From assembly GCA_964016885.1 (NCBI GenBank), contig OZ024741.1:868001-932000 (forward strand): a DNA stretch of 64,000 bases, in the 5' to 3' direction. The notes below the pieces were generated by a model, which worked only from the letters and a program-made list of their open reading frames with translations, was not told the DNA's origin and ran no database searches. Positions 38,400-51,380 of this stretch are shown one piece after another (the first letter of the stretch is position 1; each line of letters begins with the position of its first letter). The translations under genes were made by a program, and so were the position numbers. Source of the stretch: Eledone cirrhosa. Lineage: Eukaryota.

Positions 38400-41300
38400 G
38401 TGTTGATGTTATTGTTGTTGTTGGTGTTATTGTTGTTGTTGGTGTTATTGTTGGTGGTGATGTTATTGTTGTTGTTGGTGTTAGTTGTGGTTGTTGGTGT
38501 TATTGTGGTTGTTGGTGTTATTGTTGTTGTTGGTGTTATTGTTGTTGTTGGTGTTATTGTTGGTGTTGATGTTATTGTTGTTGTTGGTGTTATTGTTGTT
38601 GTTGATGTTATTGTTGTTGTTGGTGTTATTGTGGTTGTTGGTGTTATTGTTGTTGTTGGTGTTATTGTTGTTGTTGGTTTTATTGTTGTTGTTGGTGTTA
38701 TTGTTGTTGTTGGTGTTATTGTTGTTGTTGGTGTTATTGTTGGTGTTGGTGTTATTGTTGGTGTTGGTGTTATTGTGGTTGTTGGTGTTATTGTTGTTGA
38801 TGATGTTATTGTTGATGTTGGTGTTATTGTTGTTGTTGGTGTTATTGTTGTTGTTGGTGTTATTGTTGGTGTTGGTGTTATTGTTGTTGTTGGTGTTATT
38901 ATTGGTGTTGGTGTTATTGTTGGTGTTGGTGTTGCTGTTATTGTGGTTGTTGGTGTTATTGTTGGTGTTGGTGTTATTGTTGTTGGTGGTGTTGGTGTTA
39001 TTGTTGTTGTTGGTGTTATTGTTGGTGTTGGTGTTATTGTTGTTGTTGGTTTTGCTGTTATTGTGGTTGTTGGTGTTATTGTTGGTGTTAGTGTTATTGT
39101 TGTTGTTGGTGTTATTGTTGTTGTTGGTGTTATTGTTGGTGTTGGTGTTATTGTTGGTGTTGGTGTTATCGTTGTTGTTGGTGTTATTTTTGTTGTTGGT
39201 GTTATTGTTGTCGTTTGTGTTATTGTTGTTGTTGGTGTTATTGTTGTCGTTTGTGTTGTTGTTGGTGTTATTGTTGTTTTGGTGTTATTGTTGTTGTTGA
39301 TGTTATTGTTGTTGTTGGTGTTATTGTTGTTATTGGTGTTATTGTTGGTGTTGGTGTTATTGTTGGTGTTGGTGTTATTGTTGGTGTTGGTGTTATTGTT
39401 GTTGTTGGTGCTATTGTTGGTGTTGGTGTAATTGTTGTTGTTGGTGTTATTGTTGTTGTTGATGTTATTGTTGTTGTTGGTGTTATTGTTGTTGTTGGTG
39501 TTATTGTTGTTATTGGTGTTATTGTTGGTGTTGTTGTTGTTGTTGTTGTTGTTGGTGTTATTGTTGTTGTTGGTGTTATTGTTTGTTGGTGTTATTGTTG
39601 TTGTTGGTGTTATTGTTGTTGTTGGTGTTATTGTTGTTGTTGGTGCTATTGTGGTTGTTGGTGTTATTGTTGTTATTGGTGTTATTGTTGTTGTTGGTGT
39701 TATTGTTGTTGTTGCTGTTATTGTTGTTGTTTATGTTATTGTTGTTGTTGGTGTTATTGTTGTTGTTGGTTTTATTGTTGTTGTTGGTGTTATTGTTGGT
39801 GTTGGTGTTATTGTTGTTTTTGGTGTTGCTGTTATTGTGCTTGTTGGTGTTATTGTTGGTGTTGGTGTTATTGTTGTTGTTGGTGTTATTGTTGTTGTTG
39901 GTGTTTTTGTTGTTGTTGGTGTTGCTGTTATTGTTGTTGTTGGTGTCATTGTTGTTGTTGGTGTTATTGTTGGTGTTGGTGTTATTGTTGTTGTTGGCGT
40001 TATTGTTGGTGTCGGTGTTATTGTTGGTGTTGGTGTTATTGTTGTTGTTGGTGTTATTGTTGTTGTTGGTGTTGCTGTTATTGTGGTTGTTGGTGTTATT
40101 GTTGGTGTTGGTGTTATTGTTGTTGTTGGTGTTGGTGTTATTGTTGTTGTTGGTGTTATTGTTGGTGTTGGTGTTATTGTTGTTGTTGGTGTTGCTGTTA
40201 TTGTGGTTGTTGGTGTTATTGTTGGTGTTGGTGTTATTGTTGTTGTTGCTGTTGCTGTTATTGTGGTTGTTGGTGTTATTGTTGTTGTTGGTGTTATTGT
40301 TGGTGTTGATGTTATTGTTGTTGTTGGTGTTATTGTTGGTGTTGGTGTTATTGTTGGTGTTGGTGTTATTGTTGTTGTTGGTGTTATTGTTGTTGTTGGT
40401 GTTATTGTTGTTGTTGGTGTTATTGTTGGTGTTGGTGTTATTGTTGTTGTTGGTGTTAATGTTGTTGTTGGTGTTATTGTTGTTGTTGGTGTTATTGTTG
40501 GTGTTGGTGTTATTGTTGTTGTTGGTGTTATTGTTGTTGTTGGTGTTATTGTTGTTGTTGGTGGTATTGTTGTTGTTGGTGTTATTGTTGGTGTTGGTGT
40601 TATTGTTGTTGTTGGTGTTATTGTTGGTGTTGATGTTATTGTTGTTGTTGGTGTTATTGTTGGTGTTGATGTTATTGTTGGTGTTGATGTTATTGTTGTT
40701 GTTGGTGTTATTGTTGTTGTTGGTGTTATTGTTGTTGTTGGTGTTATTGTTGGTGTTGGTGTTATTGGTGTTGTTGGTGTTATTGTTGGTGTTGGTGTTA
40801 TTGTTGGTGTTGATGTTATTGTTGTTGTTGGCGTTATTGTTGGTATTGGTGTTGTTGTTGTGAGTGTTATTGTTGTTGTTGGTGTTATTGTTGTTGTTGG
40901 TGTTATTGTGGTTGTTGGTGTTATTGTTGTTGTTGGTGTTATTGTTGGTGTTGAAGTTATTGTTGTTGTTGGTGTTATTGTTGTTGTTGGTGTTATTGTT
41001 GGTGTTGATGTTATTGATGTTGTTGGTTTTATTGTTGGTGGTGATGTTATTGTTGTTGTTGGTGTTATTGTGGTTGTTGGTGTTATTGTTGTTGTTGGTG
41101 TTATTGTTGTTGTTGGTGTTATTGTTGTTGTTGGTGTCATTGTTGTTGTTGGTGTTATTGTTGGTGTTGGTGTTATTGTTGTTGTTGGTGTTATTGTTGG
41201 TGTTGGTGTTATTGTTGGTGTTGGTGTTATTGTTGTTGTTGGTGTTATTGTTGTTGTTGGTGTTGCTGTTATTGTGGTTGTTGGTGTTATTGTTGGTGTT

Positions 41301-44300
41301 GGTGTTATTGTTGTTGTTGCTGTTATTGTGGTTGTTGGTGTTATTGTTGGTGTTGGTGTTATTGTTGTTGTTGGTGTTGCTGTTATTGTGGTTGTTGGTG
41401 TTATTGTTGTTGTTGGTGTTATTGTTGGTGTTGATGTTATTGTTGTTGTTGGTGTTATTGTTGGTGTTGGTCTTATTGTTGGTGTTGGTGTTATTGTTGT
41501 TGTTGGTGTTATTGTTGTTGTTGGTGTTATTGTTGTTGTTGGTGTTATTGTTGGTGTTGGTGTTATTGTTGGTGTTGGTGTTATTGTTGTTGTTGGTGTT
41601 ATTGTTGGTGTTGGTGTTATTGTTGTTGTTGGTGTTATTGTTAGTGTTGGTGTTATTGTGGTTGTTGGTGTTATTGTTGTTGTTTGTGTTATTATTGTTG
41701 TTGGTGTTATTGTTGGTGTTGATGTTATTGTTGTTGTTGGTGTTATTGTTGTTGTTGGTGTTATTGTTGTTGTTGGTGTTATTGTTGTTGTTGGTGTTAT
41801 TGTTGGTGTTGGTGTTATTGTTGTTGTTGGTGTTAATGTTGTTGTTGCTGTTATTGTTGTTGTTGGTGTTATTGTTGGTGTTTGTGTTATTGTTGTTGTT
41901 GGTGTTATTGTTGTTGTTGGTGTTATTGTTGTTGTTGGTGGTATTGATGTTGTTGGTGTTATTGTTGGTGTTGGTGTTATTGTTGTTGTTGGTGTTATTG
42001 TTGGTGTTGATGTTATTGTTGTTGTTGGTGTTATTGTTGGTGTTGGTGTTATTGTTGTTGTTGGTGTTACTGTTGTTGTTGGTGTTATTGTGGTTGTTGG
42101 TGTTATTGTTGGTGTTGGTGTTATTGTTGGTGTTGATGTTATTGTTGGTGTTGATGTTATTGTTGTTGTTGGTGTTATTGTTGGTGTTGGTGTTATTGTT
42201 GTTGTTGGTGTCATTGTTGGTGTTGGTGTTATTGTTGGTGTTGATGTTATTGTTGTTGTTGGCGTTATTGTTGGTATTGGTGTTATTGTTGTTGTGGGTG
42301 TTATTGTTGTTGTTGGTGTTATTGTTGTTATTGTAGTTGTTGGTGTTATTGTTGGTGTTGGTGTTATTGTTGTTGTTGGTGTTATTGTTGTTGTTGGTGT
42401 TATTGTTGTTGTTGGTGTTATTGTTGTTGTTGTTGTTATTGTTGGTGTTGGTGTTATTGTTGTTGTCGGTGTTATTGTTGGTGTTAGTGTTATTGTTGGT
42501 GTTAGTGTTATTGTTGTTGTTGGTGTTATTGTTGTTGTTGGTGTTATTGTTGGTGTTGATGTTATTGTTGTTGTTGGTGTTATTGTTGGTGTTGATGTTA
42601 TTGTTGTTGTTGGTGTTATTGTTGGTGTTGGTGTTATTGTTGTTGTTGGTGTTATTGTTGTTGTTGGTGTTATTGTGGTTGTTGGTGTTATTGTTGGTGT
42701 TGATGTTATTGTTGTTGTTGGTGTTATTGTTGGTGTTGATGTTATTGTTGTTGTTGGTGTTATTGTTGGTGTTGGTGTTATTGTTGTTTTTGGTGTTATT
42801 GTTGTTGTTGGTGTTATTGTTGGTGTTGATGTTATTGTTGTTGTTGGTGTTATTGTTGTTGTTGGTGTTATTGTTGTTGTTGGTGTTATTGTTGTCGTTG
42901 GTGTTATTGTTGGTGTTGATGTTATTGTTGTTGTTGGTGTTATTGTCGTTGTTGGTGTTATTGTTGGTGTTGGTGTTATTGTTGGTGTTGATGTTATTGT
43001 TGTTGCTGGTGTTATTGTTGATGTTGGTGTTATTGTTTTTGTTGGTGTTATTGTGGTTTTTGGTGTTATTGTTGGTGTTGGTGTTATTGTTGTTGTTGGT
43101 GTTATTGTTGTTGTTGTTTTTATTGTGGTTGTTGGTGTTATTGTTGTTGTTGGTGATATTGTTGGTGCTGGTGTTATTGTTGTTGTTGGTGTTATTGTTG
43201 TTGTTGGTGTTATTGTGGTTGTTGGTGTTATTGTTGGTGTTGATGTTATTGTTGTTGTTGGTGTTATTGTTGTTGTTGGTGTTATTGTTGGTGGTGATGT
43301 TATTGTTGTTGTTGGTGTTATTGTGGTTGTTGGTGTTATTGTGGTTGTTGGTGTTATTGTTGTTGTTGGTGTTATTGTTGTTGTTGGTGTTATTGTTGGT
43401 GTTGATGTTATTGTTGTTGTTGGTGTTATTGTTGTTGTTGATGTTATTGTTGTTGTTGGTGTTATTGTGGTTGTTGGTGTTATTGTTGTTGTTGGTGTTA
43501 TTGTTGTTGTTGGTGTTATTGTTGTTGTTGGTGTTATTGTTGTTGTTGCTGTTATTGTTGTTGTTGGTGTTATTGTTGGTGTTGGTGTTATTGTTGTTGT
43601 TGGTGTTATTGTGGTTGTTGGTGTTATTGTTGTTGATGATGTTATTGTTGATGTTGGTGTTATTGTTGTTGTTGGTGTTATTGTTGTTGTTGGTGTTATA
43701 TGTTGGTGTTGGTGTTATTGTTGTTGTTGGTGTTATTATAGGTGTTGGTGTTATTGTTGGTGTTGGTGTTATTATTGTTGTTGGTGTTATTGTTGTTGTT
43801 GGTGTTGCTGTTATTGTGGTTGTTGGTGTTATTGTTGGTGTTGGTGTTATTGTTGTTGGTGGTGTTGGTGTTATTGTTGTTGTTGGTGTTATTGTTGGTG
43901 TTGGTGTTATTGTTGTTGTTGGTTTTGCTGTTATTGTGGTTGTTGGTGTTATTGTTGGTGTTAGTGTTATTGTTGTTGTTGGTGTTATTGTTGTTGTTGG
44001 TGTTATTGTTGGTGTTGGTGTTATTGTTGGTGTTGGTGTTATTGTTGTTGTTGGTGTTATTGTTGTTGTTGGTGTTATTGTTGTCGTTTGTGTTATTGTT
44101 GTTGTTGGTGTTATTGTTGTCGTTTGTGTTATTGTTGGTGTTGGTGTTATTGTTGTCGTTTGTGTTATTGTTGGTGTTGGTGTTATTGTTGTTGTTGGTG
44201 TTATTGTTGATGTTATTGTTGTTGTTGGTGTTATTGTTGTTATTGGTGTTATTGTTGGTGTTGGTGTTATTGTTGGTGTTGGTGTTATTGTTGGTGTTGG

Positions 44301-47300
44301 TGTTATTGTTGTTGTTGGTGTTATTGTTGGTGTTGATGTTATTGTTGTTGTTGGTGTTATTGTTGTTGTTGGTGTTATTGTTGGTGGTGATGTTATTGTT
44401 GTTGTTGGTGTTAGTTGTGGTTGTTGGTGTTATTGTGGTTGTTGGTGTTATTGTTGTTGTTGGTGTTATTGTTGTTGTTGGTGTTATTGTTGGTGTTGAT
44501 GTTATTGTTGTTGTTGGTGTTATTGTTGTTGTTGATGTTATTGTTGTTGTTGGTGTTATTGTGGTTGTTGGTGTTATTGTTGTTGTTGGTGTTATTGTTG
44601 TTGTTGGTGTTATTGTTGTTGTTGGTGTTATTGTTGTTGTTGGTGTTATTGTTGTTGTTGGTGTTATTGTTGGTGTTGGTGTTATTGTTGGTGTTGGTGT
44701 TATTGTGGTTGTTGGTGTTATTGTTGTTGATGATGTTATTGTTGATGTTGGTGTTATTGTTGTTGTTGGTGTTATTGTTGTTGTTGGTGTTATTGTTGGT
44801 GTTGGTGTTATTGTTGTTGTTGGTGTTATTATTGGTGTTGGTGTTATTGTTGGTGTTGGTGTTGCTGTTATTGTGGTTGTTGGTGTTATTGTTGGTGTTG
44901 GTGTTATTGTTGTTGGTGGTGTTGGTGTTATTGTTGTTGTTGGTGTTATTGTTGGTGTTGGTGTTATTGTTGTTGTTGGTTTTGCTGTTATTGTGGTTGT
45001 TGGTGTTATTGTTGGTGTTAGTGTTATTGTTGTTGTTGGTGTTATTGTTGGTGTTGGTGTTATTGTTGTTGTTGGTTTTGCTGTTATTGTGGTTGTTGGT
45101 GTTATTGTTGGTGTTAGTGTTATTGTTGTTGTTGGTGTTATTGTTGTTGTTGGTGTTATTGTTGGTGTTGGTGTTATTGTTGGTGTTGGTGTTATTGTTG
45201 TTGTTGGTGTTATTGTTGTTGTTGGTGTTATTTTTGTCGTTTGTGTTATTGTTGTTGTTGGTGTTATTGTTGTCGTTTGTGTTATTGTTGGTGTTGGTGT
45301 TATTGTTGTCGTTTGTGTTATTGTTGGTGTTGGTGTTATTGTTGTTGTTGGTGTTATTGTTGATGTTATTGTTGTTGTTGGTGTTATTGTTGTTATTGGT
45401 GTTATTGTTGGTGTTGGTGTTATTGTTGGTGTTGGTGTTATTGTTGGTGTTGGTGTTATTGTTGTTGTTGGTGTTATTGTTGGTGTTGATGTTATTGTTG
45501 TTGTTGGTGTTATTGTTGTTGTTGGTGTTATTGTTGGTGGTGATGTTATTGTTGTTGTTGGTGTTAGTTGTGGTTGTTGGTGTTATTGTGGTTGTTGGTG
45601 TTATTGTTGTTGTTGGTGTTATTGTTGTTGTTGGTGTTATTGTTGGTGTTGATGTTATTGTTGTTGTTGGTGTTATTGTTGTTGTTGATGTTATTGTTGT
45701 TGTTGGTGTTATTGTGGTTGTTGGTGTTATTGTTGTTGTTGGTGTTATTGTTGTTGTTGGTGTTATTGTTGTTGTTGGTGTTATTGTTGTTGTTGGTGTT
45801 ATTGTTGTTGTTGGTGTTATTGTTGGTGTTGGTGTTATTGTTGGTGTTGGTGTTATTGTGGTTGTTGGTGTTATTGTTGTTGATGATGTTATTGTTGATG
45901 TTGGTGTTATTGTTGTTGTTGGTGTTATTGTTGTTGTTGGTGTTATTGTTGGTGTTGGTGTTATTGTTGTTGTTGGTGTTATTATTGGTGTTGGTGTTAT
46001 TGTTGGTGTTGGTGTTGCTGTTATTGTGGTTGTTGGTGTTATTGTTGGTGTTGGTGTTATTGTTGTTGGTGGTGTTGGTGTTATTGTTGTTGTTGGTGTT
46101 ATTGTTGGTGTTGGTGTTATTGTTGTTGTTGGTTTTGCTGTTATTGTGGTTGTTGGTGTTATTGTTGGTGTTAGTGTTATTGTTGTTGTTGGTGTTATTG
46201 TTGTTGTTGGTGTTATTGTTGGTGTTGGTGTTATTGTTGGTGTTGGTGTTATCGTTGTTGTTGGTGTTATTGTTGTTGTTGGTGTTATTGTTGTCGTTTG
46301 TGTTATTGTTGTTGTTGGTGTTATTGTTGTCGTTTGTTTTGTTGTTGGTGTTGGTGTTATTGTTGTTTTGGTGTTATTGTTGTTGTTGATGTTATTGTTG
46401 TTGTTGGTGTTATTGTTGTTATTGGTGTTATTGTTGGTGTTGGTGTTATTGTTGGTGTTGGTGTTATTGTTGGTGTTGGTGTTATTGTTGTTGTTGGTGC
46501 TATTGTTGGTGTTGGTGTAATTGTTGTTGTTGGTGTTATTGTTGTTGTTGATGTTATTGTTGTTGTTGGTGTTATTGTTGTTGTTGGTGTTATTGTTGTT
46601 ATTGGTGTTATTGTTGGTGTTGTTGTTGTTGTTGTTGTTGTTGGTGTTATTGTTGTTGTTGGTGTTATTGTTTGTTGGTGTTATTGTTGTTGTTGGTGTT
46701 ATTGTTGTTGTTGGTGTTATTGTTGTTGTTGGTGCTATTGTGGTTGTTGGTGTTATTGTTGTTATTGGTGTTATTGTTGTTGTTGGTGTTATTGTTGTTG
46801 TTGCTGTTATTGTTGTTGTTTATGTTATTGTTGTTGTTGGTGTTATTGTTGTTGTTGGTTTTATTGTTGTTGTTGGTGTTATTGTTGGTGTTGGTGTTAT
46901 TGTTGTTTTTGGTGTTGCTGTTATTGTGCTTGTTGGTGTTATTGTTGGTGTTGGTGTTATTGTTGTTGTTGGTGTTATTGTTGTTGTTGGTGTTTTTGTT
47001 GTTGTTGGTGTTGCTGTTATTGTTGTTGTTGGTGTCATTGTTGTTGTTGGTGTTATTGTTGGTGTTGGTGTTATTGTTGTTGTTGGTGTTATTGTTGGTG
47101 TCGGTGTTATTGTTGGTGTTGGTGTTATTGTTGTTGTTGGTGTTATTGTTGTTGTTGGTGTTGCTGTTATTGTGGTTGTTGGTGTTATTGTTGGTGTTGG
47201 TGTTATTGTTGTTGTTGGTGTTGGTGTTATTGTTGTTGTTGGTGTTATTGTTGGTGTTGGTGTTATTGTTGTTGTTGGTGTTGCTGTTATTGTGGTTGTT

Positions 47301-50300
47301 GGTGTTATTGTTGGTGTTGGTGTTATTGTTGTTGTTGCTGTTGCTGTTATTGTGGTTGTTGGTGTTATTGTTGTTGTTGGTGTTATTGTTGGTGTTGATG
47401 TTATTGTTGTTGTTGGTGTTATTGTTGGTGTTGGTGTTATTGTTGGTGTTGGTGTTATTGTTGTTGTTGGTGTTATTGTTGTTGTTGGTGTTATTGTTGT
47501 TGTTGGTGTTATTGTTGGTGTTGGTGTTATTGTTGTTGTTGGTGTTAATGTTGTTGTTGGTGTTATTGTTGTTGTTGGTGTTATTGTTGGTGTTGGTGTT
47601 ATTGTTGTTGTTGGTGTTATTGTTGTTGTTGGTGTTATTGTTGTTGTTGGTGGTATTGTTGTTGTTGGTGTTATTGTTGGTGTTGGTGTTATTGTTGTTG
47701 TTGGTGTTATTGTTGTTGTTGATGTTATTGTTGTTGTTGGTGTTATTGTTGGTGTTGATGTTATTGTTGGTGTTGATGTTATTGTTGTTGTTGGTGTTAT
47801 TGTTGTTGTTGGTGTTATTGTTGTTGTTGGTGTTATTGTTGGTGTTGGTGTTATTGGTGTTGTTGGTGTTATTGTTGGTGTTGGTGTTATTGTTGGTGTT
47901 GATGTTATTGTTGTTGTTGGCGTTATTGTTGGTATTGGTGTTATTGTTGTTGTGAGTGTTATTGTTGTTGTTGGTGTTATTGTTGTTGTTGGTGTTATTG
48001 TGGTTGTTGGTGTTATTGTTGTTGTTGGTGTTATTGTTGGTGTTGAAGTTATTGTTGTTGTTGGTGTTATTGTTGTTGTTGGTGTTATTGTTGGTGTTGA
48101 TGTTATTGATGTTGTTGGTTTTATTGTTGGTGGTGATGTTATTGTTGTTGTTGGTGTTATTGTGGTTGTTGGTGTTATTGTTGTTGTTGGTGTTATTGTT
48201 GTTGTTGGTGTTATTGTTGTTGTTGGTGTCATTGTTGTTGTTGGTGTTATTGTTGGTGTTGGTGTTATTGTTGTTGTTGGTGTTATTGTTGGTGTTGGTG
48301 TTATTGTTGGTGTTGGTGTTATTGTTGTTGTTGGTGTTATTGTTGTTGTTGGTGTTGCTGTTATTGTGGTTGTTGGTGTTATTGTTGGTGTTGGTGTTAT
48401 TGTTGTTGTTGCTGTTATTGTGGTTGTTGGTGTTATTGTTGGTGTTGGTGTTATTGTTGTTGTTGGTGTTGCTGTTATTGTGGTTGTTGGTGTTATTGTT
48501 GTTGTTGGTGTTATTGTTGGTGTTGATGTTATTGTTGTTGTTGGTGTTATTGTTGGTGTTGGTCTTATTGTTGGTGTTGGTGTTATTGTTGTTGTTGGTG
48601 TTATTGTTGTTGTTGGTGTTATTGTTGTTGTTGGTGTTATTGTTGGTGTTGGTGTTATTGTTGGTGTTATTGTTGTTGTTGGTGTTATTGTTGGTGTTGG
48701 TGTTATTGTTGTTGTTGGTGTTATTGTTAGTGTTGGTGTTATTGTGGTTGTTGGTGTTATTGTTGTTGTTTGTGTTATTATTGTTGTTGGTGTTATTGTT
48801 GGTGTTGATGTTATTGTTGTTGTTGGTGTTATTGTTGTTGTTGGTGTTATTGTTGTTGTTGGTGTTATTGTTGTTGTTGGTGTTATTGTTGGTGTTGGTG
48901 TTATTGTTGTTGTTGGTGTTAATGTTGTTGTTGCTGTTATTGTTGTTGTTGGTGTTATTGTTGGTGTTTGTGTTATTGTTGTTGTTGGTGTTATTGTTGT
49001 TGTTGGTGTTATTGTTGTTGTTGGTGGTATTGATGTTGTTGGTGTTATTGTTGGTGTTGGTGTTATTGTTGTTGTTGGTGTTATTGTTGGTGTTGATGTT
49101 ATTGTTGTTGTTGGTGTTATTGTTGGTGTTGGTGTTATTGTTGTTGTTGGTGTTACTGTTGTTGTTGGTGTTATTGTGGTTGTTGGTGTTATTGTTGGTG
49201 TTGGTGTTATTGTTGGTGTTGATGTTATTGTTGGTGTTGATGTTATTGTTGTTGTTGGTGTTATTATTGGTGTTGGTGTTATTGTTGTTGTTGGTGTCAT
49301 TGTTGGTGTTGGTGTTATTGTTGGTGTTGATGTTATTGTTGTTGTTGGCGTTATTGTTGGTATTGGTGTTATCGTTGTTGTGGGTGTTATTGTTGTTGTT
49401 GGTGTTATTGTTGTTATTGTAGTTGTTGGTGTTATTGTTGGTGTTGGTGTTATTGTTGTTGTTGGTGTTATTGTTGTTGTTGGTGTTATTGTTGTTGTTG
49501 GTGTTATTGTTGTTGTTGTTGTTATTGTTGGTGTTGGTGTTATTGTTGTTGTCGGTGTTATTGTTGGTGTTAGTGTTATTGTTGGTGTTAGTGTTATTGT
49601 TGTTGTTGGTGTTATTGTTGTTGTTGGTGTTATTGTTGGTGTTGATGTTATTGTTGTTGTTGGTGTTATTGTTGGTGTTGATGTTATTGTTGTTGTTGGT
49701 GTTATTGTTGGTGTTGGTGTTATTGTTGTTGTTGGTGTTATTGTTGTTGTTGGTGTTATTGTGGTTGTTGGTGTTATTGTTGGTGTTGATGTTATTGTTG
49801 TTGTTGGTGTTATTGTTGGTGTTGATGTTATTGTTGTTGTTGGTGTTATTGTTGGTGTTGGTGTTATTGTTGTTTTTGGTGTTATTGTTGTTGTTGGTGT
49901 TATTGTTGGTGTTGATGTTATTGTTGTTGTTGGTGTTATTGTTGTTGTTGGTGTTATTGTTGTTGTTGGTGTTATTGTTGTCGTTGGTGTTATTGTTGGT
50001 GTTGATGTTATTGTTGTTGTTGGTGTTATTGTCGTTGTTGGTGTTATTGTTGGTGTTGGTGTTATTGTTGGTGTTGATGTTATTGTTGTTGCTGGTGTTA
50101 TTGTTGATGTTGGTGTTATTGTTTTTGTTGGTGTTATTGTGGTTTTTGGTGTTATTGTTGGTGTTGGTGTTATTGTTGTTGTTGGTGTTATTGTTGTTGT
50201 TGTTTTTATTGTGGTTGTTGGTGTTATTGTTGTTGTTGGTGATATTGTTGGTGCTGGTGTTATTGTTGTTGTTGGTGTTATTGTTGTTGTTGGTGTTATT

Positions 50301-51380
50301 GTGGTTGTTGGTGTTATTGTTGGTGTTGATGTTATTGTTGTTGTTGGTGTTATTGTTGTTGTTGGTGTTATTGTTGGTGGTGATGTTATTGTTGTTGTTG
50401 GTGTTATTGTGGTTGTTGGTGTTATTGTGGTTGTTGGTTTTATTGTTGTTGTTGGTGTTATTGTTGTTGTTGGTGTTATTGTTGGTGTTGATATTATTGT
50501 TGTCGTTGGTGTTATTGTTGTTGTTGATGTTATTGTTGTTGTTGGTGTTATTGTGGTTGTTGGTGTTATTGTTGTTGTTGGTGTTATTGTTGTTGTTGGT
50601 GTTATTGTTGTTGTTGGTGTTATTGTTGTTGTTGCTGTTATTGTTGTTGTTGGTGTTATTGTTGGTGTTGGTGTTATTGTTGTTGTTGGTGTTATTGTGG
50701 TTGTTGGTGTTATTGTTGTTGATGATGTTATTGTTGATGTTGGTGTTATTGTTGTTGTTGGTGTTATTGTTGTTGTTGGTGTTATATGTTGGTGTTGGTG
50801 TTATTGTTGTTGTTGGTGTTATTATAGGTGTTGGTGTTATTGTTGGTGTTGGTGTTATTATTGTTGTTGGTGTTATTGTTGTTGTTGGTGTTGCTGTTAT
50901 TGTGGTTGTTGGTGTTATTGTTGGTGTTGGTGTTATTGTTGTTGGTGGTGTTGGTGTTATTGTTGTTGTTGGTTTTGCTGTTATTGTGGTTGTTGGTGTT
51001 ATTGTTGGTGTTAGTGTTATTGTTGTTGTTGGTGTTATTGTTGTTGTTGGTGTTATTGTTGGTGTTTGTGTTATTGTTGGTGTTGGTGTTATTGTTGTTG
51101 TTGGTGTTATTGTTGTTGTTGGTGTTATTGTTGTCGTTTGTGTTATTGTTGTTGTTGGTGTTATTGTTGTCGTTTGTGTTATTGTTGGTGTTGGTGTTAT
51201 TGTTGTCGTTTGTGTTATTGTTGGTGTTGGTGTTATTGTTGTTGTTGGTGTTATTGTTGTTGTTGGTGTTATTGTTGATGTTATTGTTGTTGTTGGTGTT
51301 ATTGTTGTTATTGGTGTTATTGTTGGTGTTGGTGTTATTGTTGGTGTTGGTGTTATTGTTGGTGTTGGTGTTATTGTTGT
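38400..51380. repeat. Large duplication, offset ~7086-7092 bp (~38400-44300 vs ~45480-51380), separated by a 1153-bp internal re-duplication
   Basis: ORF pairs 39432/46521, 40864/47956 and 42337/49423. Private markers GGTCTT (41469/48561), GTTACT (42065/49152) and TTATATGTT (~43696/50782). GTTAGTTGTGG lies at ~44410 and ~45563. Confidence 0.9.
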
